This document shows positions 1 through 13,329 of a DNA stretch of 64,000 bases, piece by piece; position 1 is the first letter of the stretch; every line of letters begins with the position of its first letter. The position numbers and the translations under genes were made by a program. The notes under the pieces were generated by a model. That model was not told where the DNA came from. It made no database searches and worked only from the letters and a program-made list of their open reading frames with translations. Source of the stretch: Cyanophora paradoxa CCMP329 (taxonomy: Eukaryota > Plantae > Glaucophyta); the NCBI GenBank assembly GCA_004431415.1, contig QPMI01000520.1, positions 310,001-374,000 of the forward strand, written 5' to 3'.

Positions 1-25
1 CGCTGAGCGGTTTTTTCTCCCACAG

Positions 26-1056
26 AGGTTCTCAAGGGAGAGCTGAACGCGACAGGTTATTTTCCTCACATCCTTCCTCTATCTACTCCTCTGACGCCGC
101 CCCCGCAGAGAAGAGCGACGTCTTCAGTTTCGGTGCCCCTTCCCGCGCCCCCCTCCGCCTCCCTTCCCGTACCCCTCGCCGACGGCGGGCGCAGGCGTGA
201 TCATGTGGGAGGTGGCGGGGAACACGGCGAGGATGCCGTGGGAGGGCGTCGGCCCACACCAGATCGTCAAGCGCGTCGTCAAGGGCGAGCGGTTACCCAT
301 CACCCCGGACCACGACCCCTGGTGCGCTCCTCCCGCCTTTTCCCGGGTTCCTTTCCTCACGGGGGGCGTGCAGGCTGGCACAGCTAATCCCGCGCTGCTG
401 GAAGGCGGACCCGAGGGAGCGGCCGTCGTTCCGCGAGCTTTCGGAGCTGATCCAGGGGCGCCTCGACGAGCTCACGGGCAGGCAGTCCTTCGGCCCCGGG
501 CCCGGCTTTAGCCCCGCCGACAAGTACAGCCCCGGCAACAGTGCGCCCTTCCTCGGCCCCGCCCTGTGCTCTCCTGACGGGGCCCTCGACCCCTCAGGCA
601 CGTGGTCGCCCGCGAGCAAGCTCACGACACCGGATCGCAAGCTCTCGGTGCCCTCGTTCGGGACGCCCGTGCAGGGCAGCCCGCTGCGCGGCGGGCCCTC
701 CACGTTCCGAAACGACACCTTCTCCGCTGTCCGTTTTCTTTCCCTTTCTTGTGGCTCGCTCTGAACCGCGCGCCGCGCAGTGCCTGCCGAACTTCCTTGC
801 GGAGAAGGTCGGACTCACGTCGAGCGGCCTGAAGACGATGGGCCTCGGCGGCCTCTGCACCTCTTCTTGTCTAGACGGCCTGCGAGACAAGCTTGAAGAG
901 TTTTTGAGCGCGGAGGACCACGGGCGAAGCAAGCCCACATCGGCCCACTCCTCTTCTTCTTCTGTCGCGGAGCCAGCCCAAGAACAGACTCAACGATGGA
1001 TCGGCTATACCAAGAGGCCGCCCCGCATCGTCCCGCCCCCTCATTTGCAGAAATAG
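26..1056 (+). CDS. Tyrosine-kinase-like (TKL/Raf-like) protein kinase, 3' portion (5' end outside window)
   Basis: Spliced exons read EVLKGELNAT|EKSDVFSF|GVIMWEV...PWEG...IVKRVVKGERLP...CWKADPRERPSF (kinase subdomains VIII-XI), then a Ser/Pro-rich tail ending at TAG 1054-1056. GT-AG introns. Confidence 0.85.
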
Positions 1057-1322
1057 TGTTCGCCTCTCAGCTCGCAGGCCCACCCTCGTATACAGATCAG
1101 CCCCCCTCTTTGTTTCTCCCGTTTCCTTTTTCTTAGCCCGCACCTACGAATGACATCATGCACAGCGACGGAGAGCGCTTGCGGGCTGCCCCAATGCGAA
1201 TGCGGGGTGGAACTAGAAGGCCAGCCCTCCCCGCAGCGCCATCAGACAAGCCTGAAAGAGAGAATGTTTTCTTGACTAGCATACGAGGCCTATACGCTAT
1301 ACACAGCATGTCATAAGCAGTC

Positions 1323-2579
<1,257 letters not shown>

Positions 2580-2945
2580 TTATAGCGCCCCAGGAGCAAG
2601 CACAGGTTGCGCGCTCGGCAGATCGCGCCCGGCGTCTATAGCTACGTGTACGACGTCAACGCGCATGGCCCCTGACCGCGGCGCACGCGCGCGCGCGGCC
2701 GGCGGCTAGAAAAACGATTCATTTTCTGTCAACTGTAGGTACGACTGCATAGCACTGCGGATAGGCAGCCGAAATCCGGGCTGCTGTGGGGCGGGGGCCT
2801 GCCTATGACACGAAGGGCGGGGGGCCTGTCTGGGGCGGGGGACCTGCCTGGGGCGGGGGGTGGCCTATCTAAGAGCGTCACGCCAAATTGAAAAAAGAGG
2901 GGGGCGGGGCCGGACGGGGCGGGGGGGGGCGGGGCGGAGCGGGGG

Positions 2946-5900
2946 CTACCGGGTGCGGAGGAAGGAGTGGACGTCGGCCTGGAAGGCGCCCAGGCTGGAG
3001 CGGAAGGCCGCCTGCGGGGCCGGCGCTCGGCGCGGGCGTGCGGCGAGGGCGCGCGGGCGGGCCGCGGGAGCGCACCTTGACCTTGGCGTTGGCGGGGACG
3101 GTGGCGGCCTGCAGCGCCCCCGCGAGGGTCTGCGGGGCGTCGAGCTCTTAGGGGGCGCCGTGGGGCAGGGGAGAGGAGGGGCGGGCGGGCCTGGAGGGCG
3201 GCGGCGAGGCGGGCGCGGGAGGGCTCGTGGGTCTGCTTGGCGACGAGGGCGGAGGCGGTGGCGGCGAAGGCGGCCTGGTGGGAGAGGAACATCAGCAGCA
3301 GCGCGTCCGCCGTCGCGTCCGCCAGCTCCGCGTTCGCGTCCCTGCCCCCGCCGCCGGCTCAGGGGGCCCGGGGCTACGCGCGAGGGCGGGGGCGGGGCGG
3401 ACGTGGTGACGACGCGCTCGAGGAGGAGGGCGGCGAGGTGGCCGGCGGCGGCGTAGTAGGCCTCCGGGGCCGGCGCCCCGGGGCCCTTCTTCAGCTGGTT
3501 CGACGCCAGCGCCGAGAGCGCCTCCAGGCACGAGCGCCCCACGTCCGCGTTCTGGAAGCCCTCCCTGGGACAAGGGGTAAGGGGGGTAGGGGAGCAGGTG
3601 GAGGGGGTACAGGCGCACTGGAGGATGCCGTACTCGATGGACTTGATGAGGTCGGTGAAGAGGGGGGCGGGGAGGGCCAGGACCTTGTCGGGGTACACCT
3701 CCAGCATGTACGTCGCGAGCTTGTAGTAGGCGTCGCAGAGCTTGGGGTACTGGAGGAGGGGCAGCGAGATGAGGGGGATCACGATGTTGATGCCGTGCAG
3801 CACGACCTGCCGGTGCCGGCACCCCCCGGGGCGTCAGGGGCGGGGTAGAGGGCGCAAGTGACGATGCGGAGCGCACGTCGGAGACGTCCTGCTGCTGGGG
3901 CTGGTCCGGGGCCGCTGTGGGGGAGGGCGAGGGCTCGGCGGCCGTGCGAGGGGGCGGGCGGGGCGGTGCGGGGGCGGACCGTGGGGGGCGAGGTCGAGGT
4001 AGTCCTTCTGGAGGAGGTGCGTGAGGAGGCGGAGGAGGGCGAGGATGTCCCGGTACTCCTCCTCCTCGGCCGCCGCCTTGGCCGCGAGCGTGTTGGCGGC
4101 GCGCAGGCGGCCGGTGTGGTGGGCGCTGTAGATGCGGAGGACCTGCCAGCAGGCGGCGCAGAGGCGGTTCGTCTGGTGGGCGGGGAGGGAGGGGAGCTGG
4201 ACGTCCACCAGGTCCACGAGGAGCTTGAGGGTGTCCAGCACGATGTGCCAGTGCGCCTGGTAGCGCTCGAAGAGGCGCACCAGGCCGTCCAGCAGCCCGT
4301 CGAAGAAGGCGAACATCGTGCCCGCCCCGGGCCGCCCCACCACGCGCGCCACGCCCCGCAGCAGGTGCAGCGCGTGCGTCACCGCCTGCAGCGTCTCCGG
4401 CCGCTGCGCCGCGGGGTCCCCGTCCGGCCGCTGCAGCAGGTTCGCCAGGCTCGCCTGCCGGGCGCGTCAGGGGCGGTGCGAGGGGGTGGGAGGGGGCCGG
4501 GGCGGGCCTGGGGGACGGCGACGAGGGCGGCGAAGAGTGCGTGGGAGCGGGCGGGGTCGTCGACGGCGACGGCGACGCGGACGAGGGCCTCCATGGCGGT
4601 GCGGGAGGCCTTGGGCGTCATCGTGTGCACCGCGCTCCCGGGGCTCTGGAACTCGTGCGCGATGCGGCCCCACTCCTCCGACGAGGGCAGGTGCTGCCTG
4701 CAGAACGCGTTGTTGCTGATCCCCAGCAGCAGCCGCGCCGTCTGCGCCCCGCCCCGCCTCAGCAACGGCGGCGGGGGCGGGGGCGGGGGCGGGGCGGGCG
4801 GGCCTCGAGGGAGATGTCGGGGTCGAAGGGGATGCGGACGAAGTTGACGCGGATCTTGAAGAGGAGGCTGTTGAGGACCTGGGCGGCCGAGGGCGACGCC
4901 CGCCCGAACGCCGCCACGAGCGGGGCGCTCGCGCGGTCGTACGAGGACTCGTCCGGCATGAGGTACGTGCCGGCCCAGCGACGCAGCGTCCACATCCACG
5001 TGCGCGCCACCACGGGGCTCACCGCCTCGTCCTGCGCGCGCCGCCGACGGCCCGGGTTAGCCTGGGAGGTTGGCTGGGGGGGCGCGGGAGGCGCGCCGAG
5101 GGGTTCTGCTCGAGGCAGCGGTTCTCGAGGTCGACGTAGGAGAAGAGGCACTGCACGAGGGCGACGACGGGGTCCGCCTCGACGCGCCCCCCAGAGGCCG
5201 CCGCCGCCCCCGCCGACGCCTGCATCACGAAGGGCGGCACCTGCGGGCGCTCCCCGCGCCCCTCGTCCGCCAGCACGTGCCCTGCGCCCCGCCCCGCTCA
5301 GGCGAGGCGAGGCGAGCGGGACAGGCGGCGGGGCGGGGGCGCCTGCGAGGAGGCCGAGCCACTCGAGCTCCTCCTGGACGAACTCGGGGGAGGGGGCGCC
5401 GGAGGACCGCCGCTGCTGCACGAAGGCGGCGAGGCGCCCGACCGCCTCCGACAGCAGCCGGTGCAGCAGCGCCAGCGAGTGCGCCGCGTCCACCCGCGCG
5501 ATCGCCGCCACCTCCGCCAGCTCCTCGTCCCGCTGCGTCTGCCCCACGCCCTTAGAGCGGGCGCGGCGCGAAGCGATGCTAGCCAGCCGGCGAGGCCCGG
5601 AGGGCGCGGCAGGCGAGCTAGCTGGGCGGTGGGGGGCGGGCGGGCCTTGTCGTCGAAATGCTCGTCGTCGAGCTCGTCGTTGCCGGCGTGGGCGCGCGCC
5701 ACGAGCAGGTGCGCCTCCACGTATCGCTGGAAGACGCCCCGCGTGAACTGCCGCAGCGCCCCCGCCTGCTCCGCCAGCTCCTCCATCTCCCCGACTGCCC
5801 CCGCGGCGTCGCAACGAGGCGAGGGGGAAGGCGGGGTGCACGGGGCGCGAGACGGCGGACCGAGGAGGAGCCAGGCCTCGAGCAGGGGGTCCAACGCCTG

Positions 5901-6726
5901 GCGCCACCACCGCAGCGGCGGCGGCATGCTGCCCCACCGTCAGGCGCGAGGGCGCGGGGGAAGTGGCCCGGCAAAGGGGCTGGGGGAGGGAGCGCGCACC
6001 ACTTGAGCGTGAAGGTGGCGAGGGTGCTGAGGAAGGCCTGCCGGGGTAGGGGGTCAGGGGGAAGGGGGGCAGGGTTCTCGGCGGGGCGCGAGGGGGGGCG
6101 CGCCTGGACGTCGGCGGGGGGCAGCATGACGAGGACGCGGGTGCGGAAGTTCGTCACGAGGCGGAGGAGCCTGCGCGGCGTCGGTCGGCTCAGCCAGGGG
6201 GAGAGGGCGCGCCGCAGCGCAGGCGAAGGGGCGGACAGCTGGGCGAGGTCGATGGCCTCGTCGGGCTCCTCCTCGTCCTCCGGCGAGCCGGCCGCGATCG
6301 GGAAGACGTGCCTGCGGGGCCGCCTCGAGGGGTGCGGCAGGGGAGGTCGGGCCGGGGCGGGGGCGCGCGTGGTGAGGAGGGCGACGGTGTGGCGGGCGAA
6401 GTGGGCGAGGTAGGCGGCGCGGGCGGCGTCGCCCCCCTCGAAGATGGTCCCCGAGACGGAGGCGAGCTGCACGAGGCACTGCCGCGCGGCGCTCGCCAGC
6501 GTCACCCGCTCCCGCACCGCCTCGTAGAGCTGCCCGGCGCGTCATGGGCCGGCGTAGGAGGCGCGCGCAGGGGCGGCGCGGGCGGCGCGCCGAGAAGAGG
6601 AGGTTGGATGTGTCGGGGGAGAGGAGGACGTCGGCCCAGGCCTTGCCGGGCCGGATCAGCTGGCTCCCGCCCCCGCTCTGCGGCCCGTCAGCGGGGAGAG
6701 GAGAGGGGGGGGGGGGGGGGGGGGGG

Positions 6727-6757
<31 letters not shown>

Positions 6758-7831
6758 CGCGGACCTGCACCACGGAGCCTCCGAATTCCCAGTTGAGGAC
6801 GGCGGCGAGGAGCATGAGGCCCCAGCGGCACACCTCGGCCGTCTCGCCCTCGAGCGCGCTCCCGGGCTTCTGCGCCGCCAGCACCGCCCGCAGCCAGTCG
6901 CTCAGCACGCTCAGGCCCGCCTTCATCGCCTGCTTCAGCGCCTCGCTCTGCGGTCGAGAGACAGCTAAGGGCGCGCCGGGCCGGCGGCGCGGAGGGCGGG
7001 CTAGGACCTCGAAGCTCTTCCGGCTCTGGTGGTGCCACTCGTTCGTCAGCCCGACCGCCGTCGCCTTCTGGCTGCTGAACTCGTTCACGGTCGCCGCCAG
7101 CAGCTCCAGGCCCGTGATACGCTGCCGTGGCGCGCGCGTCAGCGGCGCCCCGCGCGCTCCCTGCAAGCGGCGCACGGTCTGCGGCACGTTGATCAGCTGC
7201 GACGCGGCGCTGAAGAGCGCCGTGCACGACTCCGCGGAGTTCTCCACCCATCCGCGCTTGAACATAAGCGCGATGACATGGATGAGCTGGCTCCGCACGA
7301 ACGCCTGGATTCTGCGGGGCCAAACCATCAGACGGCGACGCGTCGGGACTGAGCGCTCGAGACAGTGTTTTAGCGCTTCACGAATGACCCTGCGTTAGCG
7401 GAAAGCGCCGCGCCGCGCACCGCGGCGCCCTGGTGGCGACATAGCCGAGCAGGTTGTTCCGCAGATTCACGCGGTCCTCGGGCGTCCGCGACGGCCACTC
7501 GCGTATTACGGCCTCCTTCAACATCAGCGCCGCATGGAACCATGCCGACGACTGGTGCGAGTGCTCTGCGGCGCGTCCGCTCAGCGAGCCGTTCAAGCGC
7601 GACGCGAGAGGCGTCCGGCGCTCGCCTAGGATGTATTGGGCGGCGGGGATGGCATTGGGATCCCGTCGGAACTCAAGCAGCTTGCGCTCCGCCTCCGCAC
7701 GGCCCGCGGGGTTCGGGCCTGAGATCTGCGACCGACGGCTCGGCGCCGCCCGCGGGCCGCGATGGCGGCGCTCTGACCTTTGAGACATCTTCTGCCGCCT
7801 GCTCGTACTCCCGCAGGAACGCTTCCGACAT
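2946..7831 (-). CDS. XPO4: Exportin-4 (importin-beta family), many exons
   Basis: N-terminal IBN_N-like segment AEAERKLLEFRR...AQYILE...FHAALMLKEAVIREW, plus EFSSQKATAVGLTNEWH, SPVVARTWMWTLRRWAGTYLMP and LLQYPKLCDAYYKL, matching recalled XPO4 motifs. Ends FRSSLGAFQADVHSFLRTR*. Confidence 0.88.
6705..6757 (+). repeat. Poly-G tract (~53 nt, one A) inside an XPO4 intron
   Basis: Directly visible G run. Reads as poly-C on the XPO4 sense strand, just after the GT donor. Confidence 0.95.
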
Positions 7832-7905
7832 CCCGAACCACGCCGAAGCGAACCCAAACACCACGTACCCGTGCCGCAGAAACTTGGCTTCAACTTGCAC
7901 ACGCA

Positions 7906-8534
7906 ATGGCGACGACGAGCAGCACACTGGACGCTGAGCAGCAGAGGACGCTGAACGAGAAGAAGGTGCGGCGCTTCCCGCCGCTTAGCCAGGGCAGCCT
8001 GGCTGCGAGGCGCTTTCGGATCGAGCGCGTTAGCTAAAGCAGTGCGGGGCCGCTCCGAACAATTCTGGCATGTTATGTGATGATCTGCATTAGCTGTGCC
8101 TGCGCGCTTGCCCTGCCGCGCTCTGACTCGTTTCGCTCGGCAGGCGCGGCTACGGGTTGAGAATGAGTACTACCTGCGGGAGCACCCGGAACTGTCGCGA
8201 ATGATCAGCATGTTCCTGGCAGAGATGCTGGAGAAGAAGCCCGACAACGTGCTCCAGTTTGCAGGTCAGCCCTCACTCGGCCTCGATGTAGCTATAAACA
8301 CGCCCGACCACAGCGCTTGCGCTCACACGCGTGCGTCCCAACGCAGGCAAGTTCTTCACAGCCCCGGAGCTCGCGACCAAGGTCCAAGATGGGACCAACG
8401 CGCCCTCGGTCACATCCTCTGCGCCGTACAACCCCTTCGATGCGCCCCAAACGCCAAGCAATAGCTACCTAGAGCTGCTCGAGATGAGCGCCCAGGCAAT
8501 AGAAGACGGGAACGCCGCCCCCGCCGTTAAATAG
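7906..8534 (+). CDS. RIIAD1: RIIa (docking/dimerization) domain-containing protein, RIIAD1-like
   Basis: Three exons: MATTSSTLDAEQQRTLNEKK|ARLRVENEYYLREHPELSRMISMFLAEMLEKKPDNVLQFA|GKFFTAPEL...; the NExYLRxHPEL...L.KKP.N...FA..FF signature. Confidence 0.8.
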
Positions 8535-8605
8535 GATTCAATTCTCGAAATTCAGATGTACAGAGCACACGCCACCCTCAGCACAGAGGATGATTTGAAA
8601 TATGA

Positions 8606-9945
8606 TCAATGCCTCCAACCTGCGCATGCGCAGGCCCCCTGGGATTAGTGGTGGGGCCGAGTGCTAGCGCTAGCGCTCGTTCAGTTCATGGCCACGGGGC
8701 GCCGGGCATAGGGGGGTCTAGAGCGGGGCGAAATGCTCACCGCGCTCGTGGCCGTCCTCCATCGGCGGCTCCAGGAACCCTCTGAACTGGCTCCCATCAG
8801 CCAGCCAGCGCGCTCCATACCTGCCGGCGTCCAAGTCGCCACGGCCGTTGCGGCTACGGGGCGGAAAGCGGACCCGTCGCGTGTGCGGATCTCCATGATG
8901 CGGACGTCGTGGGGCAGCACGTGGACGTTCAGCCAGGGGACGTCCGCGAGGAGCCTTTCGAAAAGCTGTCGGGCAGCAGCGTTCTTCGCGGCCGTCGGGC
9001 CGCTGCAAGTTCCCCACCAGCACTCCTTCCCTCGGTGGGAGTGCTTCGAGAGCGCGCGGGCTCCGACGGAGAGGCCCTCGCGCTCGCAGTGCGCCGCCGC
9101 CGCCGCCGCCCGGAGCCGCGAGACCGGCGGCGGGCAAACGTCGATACTGCCGGGGGTCTTTCGCACGCCCAGAAGTGTCAAAAGGCCTCTTGCATTGAGC
9201 GCAACCAGAAGAGCCTTCATGGACGCATCAAGCTCAAGGTCGTCCGCACTACGCTGGGTAGCCACAGCAGCCAGCAGGACGGCGGGCGTCAGCTCCTCGA
9301 GCCTGCAACCGGTCGGGGTTATCGGCGCCGGTGCGGAAGGGATTGAGCAAATGCAGTGCATCTCACCGCTGGACCTCCGCCTCCGTCTCGTCCTTGAGAA
9401 CCGAGAAGGGCTGGAAGTTCACCGGGAACGCGCGCCGATTGGCCCACGCGGCAAGTGCGACCGCGATCTGTTAGCTCAAGCCGCGGACGAGTTTACGTGA
9501 GTTAGCTGCGGCGCCGCAGCAGAGGGGCATGCGCAGTTGCGATTACGATTACGCGAGTTCACGTTAATTAGCTGCGGCGCGAGGGCCTCGCGGCACACCT
9601 GGTGGACGAGCGGTCGCGCCGGATAGGGTCGGGCATCAGCGTCGGGCGTGGTGGCGGTCCGCTCGAGCTCATGATGTCCTATATCGTCATGTTGGTCGTC
9701 GTCGAGCAAGCCTCGCAAGAGGTTTAAGTCGGTCGAGCTAGCTGCGGCCTCGAGCTCGGAGGCTATCACGCGCCGCAGCGAAGCCTCAAAGCGCTCCGCA
9801 AGCGCCTCCAGTGCTCGTCCTCAAAGCGCTCCGCAAGCGCCGCCAGTGCTTTCCGACTTAACACGGCACCCCCCCAAGAAGCCGGCTGCCGGCGGCCGGC
9901 CACTGGCACAGCGGCCTGCAGCCGCCAGATGGCGCCGCCGAACAT
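8606..9945 (-). CDS. Conserved protein resembling the C-terminal domain of plant 'RNA-binding ASCH domain' proteins; start codon uncertain
   Basis: LSVGARALSKHSHR..WWG...KN.AA....WLNVHVLPH...MEIRTRDG|YGARW..DGSQFRGFLEPPMEDGHERG|WRH* closely matches the recalled plant motif ending GFLEPYMEDGHSKGWKH. Stop at 8606-8608. Confidence 0.7.
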
Positions 9946-10758
9946 CTTGGACAGGGCGCTGCCAGCGAAGCCGAAGAGCGATGTGCGCAGCCTCTGCCGC
10001 CGTGCCCGCCTTGTTTGACGCCGCCGCAGGTGTCGCTGTCTGCTTTCGCCTTCTTGTTCTCCGAGATCGTGCAGTACTCGCAAACGCGCGTCGACTCGTC
10101 CAACGGGCTCGAGCGCAAGTGCGGCTAGCCCCCGCCGCGCGGCACACCAGTCCTTACGACCCGCAGGCTGGAGGACATGGGCTATCCTGTCGGCCAGCGC
10201 ATGCTGGAGCTGACATGCAGTCGAGAGAAGGGGAACAAACGCGAGACGAAGATCATCAACATCCTTTCGTTCATCTCGTCTACGCTTTGGAAGACGCTCT
10301 TCGGCAAGGCCGCAGACTCGCTGGAGAAGGGCGCCACGAATGAGGACGAGTGTGAGCGCAGCATGCAGCTCATTTCACAGCGCACATCTAAGCCACGCCC
10401 CGCAGACATGATCCGGGAGAGCGAACCGCTTGTCAACAAGTTCATCGCCGCACAGCAGAACTTTAACTGCGCCGCATTCGTCGCGGGCATCATCAAGGGC
10501 GTATTAGACGGGGCTGAATTCGTGCGAACGCCGCTCGGGGTCTCAGCGGCGCGGCGCCGCGCTGATACTCCGCCTCGCCTCAGCCGGCGGAAGTCAGCAC
10601 GTTCTCGGTGCAGGAGAACGGGCAAAGGATACCACGGACTGTGTTCTTGATCAAGTTCGATCAGCAGGTCTGCAATGTCCCCGCCCTTTACTTTCGATTC
10701 GCACCATTTAAAGTCTCACTTCGTGCAGGTTTTGGAGCGGGAGAAGCGCGCATCGTAG
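9929..10758 (+). CDS. TRAPPC5: TRAPP complex subunit 5 (Trs31)
   Basis: MAPPNILDRALPAKPKSD|VSLSAFAFLFSEIVQYSQ...LEDMGYPVGQRMLEL...RETKIINILSFISSTLWKTLFGKAADSLEK...NCAAFVAGIIKGVLDGAEFPAEV...TVFLIKFDQQVLERE. Confidence 0.95.
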
Positions 10759-11489
10759 CCTGGCTGACTGTCGTTTGGGCAAGTCACGATAAAATTTATT
10801 TTTCTCCTTGGCCCCGTGCACAGCAGCAGCCACAGATCGGTCGGCCTGCCTTCTTGTCGACGTCCCTGCTCCGGACGGCTGCTTCGGCTTGGCCCCACTG
10901 TCGCGCGGAGATGCGGGGTCCGCTCATCATCTTCCCTGCATCTCAGCCCCTCTGGCCCCGTCGTTTGTCGCTTCAGCTCTTGAACCCGCCAACAAATGCT
11001 GCCATGCTGCTTCATTGACAAGGCTATACTTAATTTCAGCAGGTAATAGTTAGCTTCCTGTTCTTCGTGTTGATTAACGATCAATTACTAGTTATTGTTG
11101 GTCGGCGCCGGCCCTCGAGCTCGATCGCGCCCCCCATTCCCTCTTAATTTCCGCATTGATTCCATGCGATTCCTCTGGGCATGCATATGGGCCCTCGTAT
11201 TGCAAGCAGGGGGAAGCTTAAGGCCCTGATGCGTTAAAGTATATTGCGGCTGGAATTCAAAGTCAATTAGACGCCCAGCGCCGCTGGGCGCGCTAAGGTT
11301 CCAAGCGACTAGACAGGAGGAGCACTGGCGCCGGCGCGGCCAACCAGGACTTCTCAGCCTCACGAACCCGAGGAGTCACAGCCCCTGAAGCCTCACATTG
11401 CGAACTCCAGCATCTCGGCAGGCTGAAACCAATCTGGTTTGCTTGAACACAAAAACAGAAGGCTTTGTCCTAAAGCTCGGTAATGGCCT

Positions 11490-12734
11490 TTACACGCGGG
11501 TGGTGTAGTACGAAGACGCCTTGCCGGCGTTCTTCTCGTAGCAGCAGACGCAGCAGACAAAGACGAGGCCGACGAGGAGGATCAGGGACCAGATCAGGCC
11601 GATGATGGCAACGGTGAGGGCGTTCGACTTGACAATCGGGACAACCTGGGGGCACAGTTAGCTTACGATTGGACGCGGCGAGCGCGACATGCTGACCTTG
11701 TCGTAGCAGGTGGTCGAGGCCCAGGTGTCGGCGTCGGTGATGCAGTTGGGCGGGCAGAAAGCGTTGCTGACGTTGGCCTGGCAGGCGACAGTGCCACCAG
11801 AGCAAGACAGGCGCTTGTAGGCGTTGCAGAGCTCGGCCGGCTTCTCCTTGGTGGCGAGCTTCACGGCGTCATCGACGTAGGTCTTGAACTGCAGAAAGGG
11901 GGGTGAGAAGGGGGTGATCCTGATCAAGAAAGGGCGAAATCGCCGGGAAGAACGCGTAGGACGAACCTGGTTGTCCTCGGCGGCCTTGGGGAGGGCGAAA
12001 GCAACAACGGTGACGGCAAGAACGAAGACGAAAGCGACGAAGAGGAGGAAGCCTGAAGAACGATTGGCGAACGCAGGCGGACGCGCGAAAGTTTTAAATT
12101 GGACGGACCATAGAGGAACAGGAGGCACTTGTTCGTCGACTTCGCGGCAACGAGGCCGAGGATGCCAACGATGAGAAGGGTCACACCAGCGCCGATCACG
12201 GCGTAGCCTGGCGCGGGATTCGATTCGCAAACTTCGAACGACACGCGGCTGGGAAACGCACCGACGCGAGCGTCCTGGGCATAGGTGGAGATGATGGTGG
12301 CGAGCTCGCCAGTCGCGCCCGAGCCACCCTTAGCAAGCCAGATGCCACTGAACAAGTCATCCAGGTGAGCCGCGACAGGTGGCGCGAACGGGACAAAACG
12401 AACCCAGCGATGATGACAATGCCGCCAATAATGTTGAAGATATTCTTCGCACGTTGAGAAGGGCGGAAAAGGGAAGGAAGTCGCGGAAGATGGGCGGCGA
12501 AGGGAAAGGACGCCAAGTCAGCGACCGGAATAGGTGTCTGACAATGGAAAAGGGCTCACGGCGACGATGAGGAGCTGCGAAAGTCGACGAAAGACGCCGG
12601 AGGCGGCGGGAAAACATCGTCCGTTAGCAACGCGGAGATTCAGGCCGCGGGGAGGGGAAGCTAGGGCCTATTGACAAGCGAATCAATTCCGTTCGGGCGC
12701 GGCGGACCTTGCGGGAGGTCTTCGGATCGCACAT
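11490..12734 (-). CDS. Tetraspanin-family membrane protein
   Basis: MCDPKTSRK|LLIVA|NIFNIIGGIVIIAG..., four hydrophobic segments (e.g. GAGVTLLIVGILGLVAAKSTNKCLLFLY), a Cys-rich large loop before TM4, and a juxtamembrane CCVCC palmitoylation-like cluster. Confidence 0.75.
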
Positions 12735-13329
12735 CTTCGCTACTCTTTGTTTTCACCGACTGGGGGGGGGAGGAGACCACGGGGGGTACTGTCACGAAGA
12801 TGCAGCCATTACTCGCGCTTCGAATTCTCGGATCCGTTGCAGAGAACGCTACGTATACCATGCATCGTTCGCGTGGTGCGCAGAGCTAAAAGATACCTGG
12901 AGGCCTTCGCCCGCCAGCCTGGCGCACCGGCGGCGGCAGAACTCGGAACGCAGTGACTAGCTATAGCTATGGAATTCGAACGCGCCGCGCGCCGCGCCAG
13001 CGTAAGCGTTCGCTTTCGCAGGCGTGCGAAATCTTGCGCTCAGAGCCAGCGCTAGCGCGCGTCGCTCCGAGGCTCCGGCGCTGACTCAGTGATCCGGATC
13101 CACACGGGTGCTGCAGCACTAGTGCCGGCTGAGGCTGCCGAGGACGAAGCCTGATGGAAACAAGCAACTCAAACGCCAGCAGCGCCAATTGCTAGCGCTC
13201 AGCGGCTAGCCAACCATTGCAAATATCCGGAGCGCGGTACGTCGATACACGCACAAGTAAGCGATTAATAGCACTCACAAATTGCCATGTCCATGCGTAA
13301 AATACAAAGAGAAGGGGTTCTGTCGCGCC

